Shown here in pieces: positions 40,361 to 48,400 of a stretch of DNA of 49,749 nucleotides. The first letter of the stretch is position 1. Each line of letters starts with the position of its first letter. Origin of the DNA: an uncultured Nitrospira sp. (GTDB lineage: Bacteria; Nitrospirota; Nitrospiria; Nitrospirales; UBA8639); contig CAZBQO010000001.1 of the NCBI GenBank assembly GCA_964494125.1, positions 1 to 49,749 on the forward strand. Direction: 5' to 3'. The notes beneath the pieces were generated by a model. The model saw nothing but the letters and a program-made list of their open reading frames with translations. It ran no database searches and was not told where the DNA came from. The position numbers and the translations under genes were made by a program.

Positions 40361-40576
40361 GGGGGCACCTCGCTTTAAAATGAATGAATGGTCGGAGAAA
40401 TCCTCTTTGATCTCCCTTATGGATTAATGGTGAACGTAACCTCACACGTCATGTGTTGAGGCGGAGCGAGGCGAGGGGGACAGGGGGAGGCCCACATCCT
40501 CGCCTATATGAGGATGAATGTAAGGGTATTCATCCTCGGGATATTTAAGAATCAGCCCAATACCATTCTTGGACAC

Positions 40577-40615
40577 AAAAAAAGCCCATGAGCATACACT
40601 GGCAGCTCATGGGCT
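40577..40615 (-). terminator. Intrinsic terminator of the minus-strand FMN-protein operon
   Basis: AGCCCATGAGC/GCTCATGGGCT 11-bp stem with T7 on minus strand. Confidence 0.8.
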
Positions 40616-40660
40616 CTGGACTCAAAAAGTCTCGGGCCTTAGGAATATGGTGAGACGTAC

Positions 40661-40696
40661 TTAGTCGTCAGACTCTGGCATCATCAGTGCCCTCAT
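40661..40696 (-). repeat. Diverged duplicate of the 3' end of gene 41301-41813
   Basis: Encodes ..ALMMPESDD* versus ..AFMMPESDG*; 22/30 nt identical between 40661-90 and 41301-30. Confidence 0.6.
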
Positions 40697-40828
40697 TTGG
40701 CAGGGAATTCATTTATGCGGTGCGACGAACATCCATGGAAATCTGTTGCCTATTGGAAAATCTCCGGGCAACAGGTTAAGACACACTCGGGCTACATCTG
40801 GGAAATGAGTCATTGCAAAAGTCAAAAT

Positions 40829-41188
40829 TTATGGTTTTTCAGCCAAAAACCAGCCCTTGCTGTTCATGCATTGGGCCAAGGCATCATCAGTTATTCCTTT
40901 GCTGAATGGGTTCAATGAAGTCTCGGAATGTACCTCATTGATCAGGATTTCCCGACATGAGCGCAGATCCTGTTCGAATTCACCCTCGCCTGCGTCTGGT
41001 TTTGCCCAATACAAATCTGGTGCGCAGGCAGAAAGAAACATGGAAAAGAGGCTGATGCCTACCCACGTCCCATAGCCATGTTGAGGAAGCCTTGATCTGG
41101 CCGATATAGGATGTGGACGAAGAGCCTCCACCTTTCTCATGAAAGCTTGGCCGTCTGATTCGATTGAGTGAGAAGTTTTTTGTCGCAT
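40829..41188 (-). CDS. Small putative lipoprotein (paralogue of 32247-32570)
   Basis: Lipobox LSAC; two further Cys; ends WFLAEKP. Confidence 0.65.
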   Translation of the reverse strand: MRQKTSHSIESDGQAFMRKVEALRPHPISARSRLPQHGYGTWVGISLFSMFLSACAPDLYWAKPDAGEGEFEQDLRSCREILINEVHSETSLNPFSKGITDDALAQCMNSKGWFLAEKP

Positions 41189-41300
41189 TTCATCATAAGA
41201 TCCAGTAGCCGTTTTAAGCCAACTGGTGGGAAAATTGACTCGCGTCTAGGTATGGTCCTGGTAAAAAGAATGCTCTTCCTATCGGGAAAAGGGCAAAAAG

Positions 41301-41813
41301 TCAGCCATCCGACTCCGGCATCATAAAGGCGGATTTTTGCCACCACATTTCATACATGGGTATGACGAACATGATGAGAAATCCCACAACCATCAGGATG
41401 TCTCCGGTCAACATGGCGATGGTGAAAATTGGGGATACATAGGCAATCAGCCAAGGTGAAACCAGATCCAGGGTGACCCCGACAAAAGCCATCCATGTCG
41501 TAACCACTTTTAGTGTGGGGCTAACCATCGTGAGATAGAGGACGTGGACCAAAATCATGAATGTGACCGGCATGGTAAACAGATGAAAATGTGTGGTCTC
41601 GGCCAGTTGACCAAACGGCATTGGTTCACCAAAGGTCGCATCCGATCCTCGATAATGTTCGGCAAGGCCTTTAAGGCTCAGCTCGGTCATGCTATGAGCC
41701 CAAAAGAAGGTGAAAATGAATCCTGCGAGCATCAGCAGGAGAAACCAGGTATAGACTAAGCGGATATGACGGTCGGTGTCACGGAGCCGGAAGCGGGCAT
41801 TGAAATTTCGCAT
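41301..41813 (-). CDS. 4-TM membrane protein with HxH-x12-H motif
   Basis: Four hydrophobic segments; THFHLFTMPVTFMILVH; immediately downstream of FMN-binding gene. Confidence 0.8.
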   Translation of the reverse strand: MRNFNARFRLRDTDRHIRLVYTWFLLLMLAGFIFTFFWAHSMTELSLKGLAEHYRGSDATFGEPMPFGQLAETTHFHLFTMPVTFMILVHVLYLTMVSPTLKVVTTWMAFVGVTLDLVSPWLIAYVSPIFTIAMLTGDILMVVGFLIMFVIPMYEMWWQKSAFMMPESDG

Positions 41814-41830
41814 TCCATTACTGCAGGAGG

Positions 41831-42520
41831 TTAGAACCCCAGCAGGGACTCCAAAAAGTTTTTGTCCGTTCGACTGGCCGTATTGATGGGGGCGCTTTGA
41901 CTCTGGGATTGTAAGTAAAGTTCATGGGCCAGGACGAGGGCGCGTTTAACGCCGGCACTCATGGATCGCACGGACATGGTGGCGCCGGTAATATTGATGA
42001 CATCCCGGTTGATCCGGATGGGGTCTTCTATCGTTTTTCCATGGTATTGGTAATTGAAGCGTTTCTTCCCTACTTCGCTTCCCCGTGATTCTCGGTAGAC
42101 CAATACTTCAACATTGGTGATTTCTCCATCGGGATCAACTCCAACCATATAGGTCATTGGCTTATGCTTGCCGATGGTATGTTGGACAAAAGCCCATCCA
42201 TCGATCTTTCCATTCGTTTCTCCAATATAGCAATCAAAAGTCGATTCAGGAAATTGCCATCCGATTTGCTCTTCGATAAGTCGTTTCTGGTTTTCGTTGA
42301 GGGTGATGACCTCTAAGCGGATGGAATCGGAATCAGGAAATGTCAATTTGGCAGCCTCTTCTGGCGTCAGGTAGACGTCTTCCTGAACCATTTCCTGTGG
42401 AGTCAAATACCGCTTCAATTCATTATCCCAGATCTGGTCATTCTCGGCATTGGAGGGTTGAGGGGCAAACGCCAGTAAAAGACTCCCGAAAATAGCGATG
42501 TTTAAGATTCGATGAAACAT
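41831..42520 (-). CDS. Exported FMN-binding (flavinylation substrate) protein
   Basis: Signal peptide; MVGVDPDG.I..VEVL.YRESRG; flavinylation motif D.INITGATMS. Confidence 0.88.
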   Translation of the reverse strand: MFHRILNIAIFGSLLLAFAPQPSNAENDQIWDNELKRYLTPQEMVQEDVYLTPEEAAKLTFPDSDSIRLEVITLNENQKRLIEEQIGWQFPESTFDCYIGETNGKIDGWAFVQHTIGKHKPMTYMVGVDPDGEITNVEVLVYRESRGSEVGKKRFNYQYHGKTIEDPIRINRDVINITGATMSVRSMSAGVKRALVLAHELYLQSQSQSAPINTASRTDKNFLESLLGF

Positions 42521-42993
42521 CCTTCAGCCTCAAGTTTTTCGGTTAAGTTGTTTAAAAGGTGATTCACGGCTTGTTGTGATGGTTCGACGGGATACCAATC
42601 ATAAAGTCTGGCCCCGCCACGGAATCCCCAATGTTGCCGCCGTTCCGCAATTTGGAGGCGCACGGCATTGGAATCGAGTGGCTTCATGGTCAGGGTCAGT
42701 TGCGATCGTTCTTTGTCCCCCATACCTTCCCGTTGGAAAAGGCCATACTTGGCGCCTTCCACATATTCCACCCGCCAACCGGTTTCGATTACTCCGTTGG
42801 ACTTGTCTTTCTTTGTCACGGGATAGGCCCTGAGGGTTTCCAGGGAAGAATTCCATACGGAATCAATTGGACAGGCCATGTATCGATCAACGATCAAGTC
42901 CTGACCGGAAAGGAAGCCGCAGCCCAGAAAAAAGGTTGTGCATGCCCAAATAGAGATTCCACGAATTAGGAAGGCGGGAGATAGATACAACAT
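42502..42993 (-). CDS. Putative outer-membrane lipoprotein (BamC/NlpB-like motif)
   Basis: Lipobox FLGC; VW...LETL..YPV...DK..GVIETGW; overlaps FMN-binding gene by 19 nt. Confidence 0.7.
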   Translation of the reverse strand: MLYLSPAFLIRGISIWACTTFFLGCGFLSGQDLIVDRYMACPIDSVWNSSLETLRAYPVTKKDKSNGVIETGWRVEYVEGAKYGLFQREGMGDKERSQLTLTMKPLDSNAVRLQIAERRQHWGFRGGARLYDWYPVEPSQQAVNHLLNNLTEKLEAEGCFIES

Positions 42994-43030
42994 TGATAAA
43001 TTAAAAGCGAGAATGATTTTCGATTTATTT

Positions 43031-43092
43031 GAATTTGATTCTCATTATGAAAAATGAATCCGAATTGTAACATCCGATATTCAAAGGGTCAA
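43031..43092 (-). promoter_or_regulatory. sigma70 promoter (extended -10) with downstream Fur box
   Basis: Minus TTGACC(43092-87)-17-TACAAT(43069-64) with TG extension; CATAATGAGAATCAAATTC (43049-31) 14/19. Confidence 0.72.
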
Positions 43093-43154
43093 CCGGTATG
43101 GTCCTCAAAATTTTGTCTGATGTGGTCCAGATATTACGATACTGATTGAAGATA

Positions 43155-43193
43155 AAAACAGAGAGAAACGGCAAAGCCGTTTCTCTCTGTTTT
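43155..43193. terminator. Strong (bidirectional) terminator after porin gene
   Basis: Perfect 18-bp IR AAAACAGAGAGAAACGGC-AAA-GCCGTTTCTCTCTGTTTT. Confidence 0.85.
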
Positions 43194-43211
43194 CCTGTAT
43201 AAAGCGAATTC

Positions 43212-44639
43212 TTAGAAGTATGTGGCCCAGGATGCGACAAATGCCGTATCATGAATTCGCTCATTTCCATTTCGACCGACTGGCGTATATTGGAAGTCGG
43301 TTTTGAACACAGTATCTTCTGTGGGACGGAAGTTCAGGCCAAAGGTCCAACGTTGCCACTCACCCAGTTTCCCGGCTTCCCCACTTAAATCCTGCCCAAG
43401 GTTCATTTGTTCCCAGCGGACAACAGCGGTAAATGTAGAGACTTCCGGCTTAAAGAAGGTGGGGGCCATTTTGCTTAGCCATTCTGGAAGGAAATGGTAG
43501 TTACCTTGTAAGTAATACCCTTGCATTCTGCGTGGATTGCCATTCCGGGTTCCGTCTTGATTGATGTCATTGTCCTTGATGTAAGACCAGGCACTTTCTC
43601 CGATGAATTCAAATGGGCCTCGTTGGAAGGTCCAATCCAGGGCCCAAATGGCCAATTTATCATCATTATTTGTGCCATAATTCCCGTAAAATCCAGAACC
43701 ACCGATTTCCACTCCCAAAATGGGGCTGAACGCGACCCGTCCCATGACGGATTTGCCGTTATTATTGTCAAAGCTCGTATTATCTGATCTCGCACTGCGT
43801 ATTCCGTTTGTTTGGTTGATATTCGACGTGTTATTAGGATTTCCGTTTCCTCCAAAGGCGTTAGTGAATCCATTGGTCACGTAGACTTCGTAATCCAACT
43901 TCGAGAGAGCTGTGGGGTAAAAGGTGCCGTAAGCTCCAACACCAGGTTGGTGAAGCGTTGATGGGATGATCCGTTGGGACACAAGAGGGCGTTCGGTGAG
44001 ATCACGGAGTGGGGCGTCATGCAGGAGGTTGAATTTTCCAAGGGGAGCGAGGATGATGCCTGCCCGCAAGTTTAGGGGTTCTTGTACGAGATAATCGATG
44101 GTCGCGAATTCCACTTTGATGTCGTTGGTTCCATGCTCGAATTCAATTTCTGCCGCGAATTTCACCCGATCGCTGATATCCCCGTAAATGAAAGGTACCA
44201 ATCGATGCTGATCGAAATAGCTGTTCCCTTGATTGGCCCGGTTAAAGTATTCGATGTCCATGTAACCACCGACGATGGCTTTGGGGGAGGAAACGAAGGG
44301 CCGGGCATAGATCAATTGTCCGGACCCTTGCATGGTTGATCCGTATTTTTTATCAGGCGTACGTGGTTGTGATAATCCTCCTAAGGTTTCCTTAACGGGT
44401 TCGCCTGGCCGTTGAGTGGGTGGGGCCGCAAAAGTTGGCGGGGCATTCCCAGTCCCTGATTGCTCCATCGGTGGCATGCCTGCCTCTGGGGACCCCTGCC
44501 CTTTCAGATAGTCTTGGACCGCTTGTCGAACTGCTTCCTGTTGAGCGGGTGTAAGTGCTTCTTCACCGGAGGCAGAGAAGGCTGGAAAGGTTGGAAACAC
44601 AGCAAGGGCCATAAGGACCCCGATTGTGAACTTCTTCAT
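43212..44639 (-). CDS. Outer-membrane beta-barrel porin (porin O/P-like)
   Basis: Signal peptide, Pro-rich linker, amphipathic beta strands, HRLV.F...AEIEFEH, C-terminal WATYF beta-signal. Confidence 0.82.
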   Translation of the reverse strand: MKKFTIGVLMALAVFPTFPAFSASGEEALTPAQQEAVRQAVQDYLKGQGSPEAGMPPMEQSGTGNAPPTFAAPPTQRPGEPVKETLGGLSQPRTPDKKYGSTMQGSGQLIYARPFVSSPKAIVGGYMDIEYFNRANQGNSYFDQHRLVPFIYGDISDRVKFAAEIEFEHGTNDIKVEFATIDYLVQEPLNLRAGIILAPLGKFNLLHDAPLRDLTERPLVSQRIIPSTLHQPGVGAYGTFYPTALSKLDYEVYVTNGFTNAFGGNGNPNNTSNINQTNGIRSARSDNTSFDNNNGKSVMGRVAFSPILGVEIGGSGFYGNYGTNNDDKLAIWALDWTFQRGPFEFIGESAWSYIKDNDINQDGTRNGNPRRMQGYYLQGNYHFLPEWLSKMAPTFFKPEVSTFTAVVRWEQMNLGQDLSGEAGKLGEWQRWTFGLNFRPTEDTVFKTDFQYTPVGRNGNERIHDTAFVASWATYF

Positions 44640-44786
44640 GAATGAAAACCTCCTAATATAGGATTGGGACGCGGAGGTCCTCAGGAAAAGGGTAGGGGAC
44701 TCAAGGTCCTCAATTGAAGGAACTCATGATAAACCGGGAATCGGAGCACAACGCATTTTCAGCAGAGAAGAGGATCAGCCTCGTCA

Positions 44787-44948
44787 TTAGTCGCTCAATA
44801 CGGTAAAGGGAATGAAAACAAGACGTTTGCAGCGTTTACATTTCAATTCCACTCCATCTTTTTTTAAGATGGCCATCAGTTGCCCGCAATGACAGCGTGC
44901 CTCTGAGGTGGTGGTGCATGGAGAACCTATTTCTGTTCCTTGAGTCAT
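44787..44948 (-). CDS. Com-like Zn-finger small protein (53 aa, not in ORF track)
   Basis: Manual translation MTQGTEIGSPCTTTSEARCHCGQLMAILKKDGVELKCKRCKRLVFIPFTVLSD*. Confidence 0.72.
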   Translation of the reverse strand: MTQGTEIGSPCTTTSEARCHCGQLMAILKKDGVELKCKRCKRLVFIPFTVLSD

Positions 44949-44979
44949 CTTGATGTTGAATGTAATTATTGTTAATTTT

Positions 44980-45038
44980 GAAATTGATAACCGTTATTAA
45001 CAAGGCCCTTAATACCGCATGAGTTTGGCGTCTGTCAA
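44980..45038 (-). promoter_or_regulatory. Promoter with Fur box upstream of Zn-finger/porin unit
   Basis: Minus TTGACA (45038-33), weak -10 TATTAA; plus GAAATTGATAACCGTTATT (44980-98) 14/19. Confidence 0.62.
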
Positions 45039-45109
45039 GAAGGCCCCATTTTTTTCGGATATTTTTATGTATGGGAGTTTGTGGAAATTAAAGACAGTAT
45101 AATGACGGG

Positions 45110-45721
45110 ATGGCCATGCTGAACGTTCTTGCTTGCCGACTAGTGTTTCTGGGGATTCTTGTGGGAATGGGTATGGGATGCGCGCATCAGCTCCCGTCTC
45201 ATCCCTCTCAAGAAGACCTCACAGAGCCCCTGGTGTTCGGACACATTCACGTGTGGCAGCAAGAGCCGTCAGGAAGAATTTACCTCCCGGAATTAGCTTC
45301 ACTTGAATTCAGCTCCAGTGATGGTCAAACGCGGTATCGTGTGGAAATTGAGGCGGCTTCCTCCTATTTTTTTCTGTCCTTGAAGCCAGGGCGGTATCAA
45401 GTGACCCGGGTATTTATTCAGGAAGGTGTATTTCGATCCAGTGCGGACGTTCCGCTAACCTTTGAGGTTCCTGACCGGGGAGTAGTGTATCTGGGCGGTT
45501 GGCGATTCCAGATTGATCCCCCGAATTATACAAGAGAGTTGGAGGTAACCATTGTCTCCGAATCAGTAAAAGCCATCGTGGAAATGACGGTTCGTTATCC
45601 ATCTCTTTCTTCCAATGTGGTCCTGTCCTCCCTGGCGGAACCTCCCTTATTACGGGCACGATTGTTTGAAGTCACACCCTACCCCAGATTCCGATACTTC
45701 AATCGTCATAATTCCACATAA
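45110..45721 (+). CDS. Putative lipoprotein of unknown function
   Basis: Hydrophobic signal ending GMGC; LKPGRYQV, VVYLG.W; co-oriented with apbE. Confidence 0.72.
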   Translation: MAMLNVLACRLVFLGILVGMGMGCAHQLPSHPSQEDLTEPLVFGHIHVWQQEPSGRIYLPELASLEFSSSDGQTRYRVEIEAASSYFFLSLKPGRYQVTRVFIQEGVFRSSADVPLTFEVPDRGVVYLGGWRFQIDPPNYTRELEVTIVSESVKAIVEMTVRYPSLSSNVVLSSLAEPPLLRARLFEVTPYPRFRYFNRHNST

Positions 45722-45786
45722 ATTCTTTCAAGCGGCCCTCCGGCTGTTCGGAAGCCAACGTTATTGTTAAGGATAGGAGATTCATC

Positions 45787-46791
45787 ATGTGGCGAATGCA
45801 GAATATCCTTGGGCTCTGCGTTTTGATTCTCTTCCTGGCGGGCTGCCAGGGGACACCTCATTTGGTAAAGCGCAGTCAGATGCTGATGGGAACCGTGGTG
45901 TTTGTCACGGCAGTTGGAGCAGATGAGAGGATTGCGCAGAGGGCGGTCAAAGCGGGGCTTGATGAAATCAGGCGATTAGAGGAGTTGCTGAGCACCTGGA
46001 TTCCAACCAGTGAATTATCACAGGTGAATGCTGCGGCGGGACGGGAATCAATACAGGTGAGTCAGGAAACCTTTGAAGTCCTCAGGCGATCGCTTGAGGT
46101 GGCGAAACTCACTCAGGGAGGGTTCAATATCGCCATTGGTCCAGCGGTGAATGCATGGGATGCCAGCGGGGACGGGCATGTTCCGTCCAAGGAAGATCTG
46201 GAAGCGCTTCGCCCGCAAATAGAGTTATCAAATGTGCAATTGGATGAAACAACGCGAAGTGTGTGGTTGCGGCGTCCTGGGATGTCTATTGATGTTGGGG
46301 GGATCGGGAAAGGGTATGCCGCCGACCTTGCTGCCAATGTAATGCGCACGACAGGAGCAACCGCAGGCGTGGTCGCTTTATCGGGGGATATTAAAACGTT
46401 CGGACGTATGCCGGATACCCAACGTTTTGTTTTTGGTATCCAGCATCCCCGAAAGGAGCAGGGCGAAGTCTTAGGGCGGATTGAGTTGGAAGATGAAGCG
46501 GTCTCTACTGCGGGAGATTATCAACGGTATTTTATGAAAGACGGGGTTCGCTTTCACCACATCCTCGATCCCAAGACCCTTCATCCGGCTCGAGGATGTC
46601 AAAGTGTCACGGTCATAGCAAAAGATGGTGTGATGGCCGATGGGTTGGACACCGGAATTTTTGTCATGGGTCCTGACAAAGGCATGGCCCTCATTGAGTC
46701 TTTGCCGGATGTTGAAGGGGTGATTGTCGATCAAGAAGGCACCGTGTTTGTCTCATCGGGTCTGAAGGGTCGCTTAAGCCTCGGGCCGTAA
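45787..46791 (+). CDS. apbE: FAD:protein FMN transferase ApbE/Ftp
   Basis: Lipobox LAGC, MGT, SELSQVN, DVGGIGKGYAAD, AVSTAGDYQRYF, HHILDP.T. Confidence 0.95.
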   Translation: MWRMQNILGLCVLILFLAGCQGTPHLVKRSQMLMGTVVFVTAVGADERIAQRAVKAGLDEIRRLEELLSTWIPTSELSQVNAAAGRESIQVSQETFEVLRRSLEVAKLTQGGFNIAIGPAVNAWDASGDGHVPSKEDLEALRPQIELSNVQLDETTRSVWLRRPGMSIDVGGIGKGYAADLAANVMRTTGATAGVVALSGDIKTFGRMPDTQRFVFGIQHPRKEQGEVLGRIELEDEAVSTAGDYQRYFMKDGVRFHHILDPKTLHPARGCQSVTVIAKDGVMADGLDTGIFVMGPDKGMALIESLPDVEGVIVDQEGTVFVSSGLKGRLSLGP

Positions 46792-46811
46792 CAAGGCCTT
46801 CAACCTCAATC

Positions 46812-46843
46812 AAAAAAAAGGAGGCATGAAGCCTCCTTTTTTT
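46812..46843. terminator. Bidirectional terminator between convergent genes
   Basis: A8-GGAGGC-ATGAA-GCCTCC-T7. Confidence 0.85.
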
Positions 46844-46859
46844 GGGTATAGTAAGCTGC

Positions 46860-47519
46860 TTAGCTTTTTTTGTCCTTGGAATGGTGGGAATACCCGCCCG
46901 GATGACCTTTCGTCATCCCGCCCTCTTGATGGGCATTGATGCGATCATGGACCGCTTTCATGCGAGAGCGTTGCTCCTCCGTTAATACGGCCTTGGCGTC
47001 CCGCCCGGCTTTTACTGATGCCAGGTAAAGGCCTGCGCGAATCTCATAAAGACTCTTCAGCTTCGATTCAACAGCGCCCAGGTCCCCTTGGTCATTTCGC
47101 AACAACTCGTGCAAATCCAAGCTGGTCAGTTGCATGTCAGCTTTCATTTTAATTTTGCTTTTTTCAAAATCGGTTTTAATCGTCTGGAGTTTGGTGACCT
47201 GATCCTCGGTAAGGGCCATGCCTTCTTTGAATTTCAAAATGTGTTCGATGAATTCAGAGGCACTTTGATGAGGCCCATGTCCTGATTTGTGAGAGCTTCC
47301 TCCTGTGCCATAACCACCCGACATGCTCGTGCCATGATGAACCTGGCCATGGCCATAGGTCCCTGCTCCATGGGGGGACGTGCTGTACCCGGATGGGTGG
47401 TGCGCATCTCCTGCATATCCCGTGGCCAGACCCATAGCAGGAAATCCCAGAATTAAGGACAAGACACCGGACCAAAGTGGAATCATTCGTGAGTGGTTCG
47501 TGTTGCCTTTCATGGTCAT
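46860..47519 (-). CDS. Periplasmic Spy/CpxP/ZraP-like protein with His/Gly-rich N-terminus
   Basis: Signal peptide, two LTXXQ motifs (LTEDQ, LTEEQ), His-rich termini; AAGGAGG RBS. Confidence 0.8.
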   Translation of the reverse strand: MTMKGNTNHSRMIPLWSGVLSLILGFPAMGLATGYAGDAHHPSGYSTSPHGAGTYGHGQVHHGTSMSGGYGTGGSSHKSGHGPHQSASEFIEHILKFKEGMALTEDQVTKLQTIKTDFEKSKIKMKADMQLTSLDLHELLRNDQGDLGAVESKLKSLYEIRAGLYLASVKAGRDAKAVLTEEQRSRMKAVHDRINAHQEGGMTKGHPGGYSHHSKDKKS

Positions 47520-47854
47520 GTGAACAGCCTCCTTTCCGAAGAGAAAAACGCTATGGTGAAAGAAATAATGAGGGATAGGTCATGATGATCTGTGAGTTCC
47601 CTGAACTAATTCTTATTATACACTGGAATGCGGAAATTGTAGTACGTGAGCCTCTATCTTATTACAAAAATTCAAGAGGTTACACAACCCCATTGATCTT
47701 GAGACCCTGCTCTGGGTGAGGAAGGCGGATGAGCGCGTGCACGTGGGTGATGTCGTTTGCGGTTCGGTAAGGGGTCGAACCACAGGCAATGTAAGAAGTA
47801 TTCGTTATCAAAAGGAAAAAGCTGTGGACGAAGAGAAAGCGGAAGCCGGCCTCA

Positions 47855-48289
47855 TCAGGCTTTTTGGCAGGTATCGCAGAGACCGTACAGTTCCAGCTTA
47901 TGGGTTTGAATAGTAAAGCCGTTTTTTCTCGCCACCTCTTCTTGTAAATTTTCGATTTGGCAATTTTGAAATTCGACTATTTTTCCGCAGGAGGTGCAAA
48001 TGAGGTGATCATGATGACCCTTATGAGACACATTATCGAATTGCGTTTGTGAGCCGAAATGGCGTTCCTGTGCCAGGTCGGTTTCACAGAATAATTTGAG
48101 CGTGCGATAGATGGTGGCCAGGCCAATATGCGGGTCTTTTTTGGCGAGGATATGATATAACTGCTCGGCAGTGACATGCTCCATTTTGAGAAAGGTCGTC
48201 AGAATTAACTCGCGTTGACGAGTCAGTTTGAGGCTGTTTTTTTGGAGATGATGCTTGAGTGTTTCGAGTTCTTTGACCGGTTTAGACAT
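47855..48289 (-). CDS. fur: Fur-family metalloregulator (likely ferric uptake regulator)
   Basis: TRQRELIL, H.TAEQLY, IGLATIYRTL, HHDHLICTSCG.IVEF, LYGLCDTC; start ATG 48289. Confidence 0.9.
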   Translation of the reverse strand: MSKPVKELETLKHHLQKNSLKLTRQRELILTTFLKMEHVTAEQLYHILAKKDPHIGLATIYRTLKLFCETDLAQERHFGSQTQFDNVSHKGHHDHLICTSCGKIVEFQNCQIENLQEEVARKNGFTIQTHKLELYGLCDTCQKA

Positions 48290-48400
48290 GGTGAAATCTT
48301 TCGTAAGATGAAGAAGGAATATATTAAACCCCAATCATCCTGGGTAATCAAGAATTATTTTGTCTGTTTTGGTCTTGGTGGAGAAATTTAGGGAGAACCT

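Noticed and set aside
43025-43270. 81-aa minus ORF after the porin
   Set aside because: Runs through the terminator, promoter and Fur box; not protein-like.
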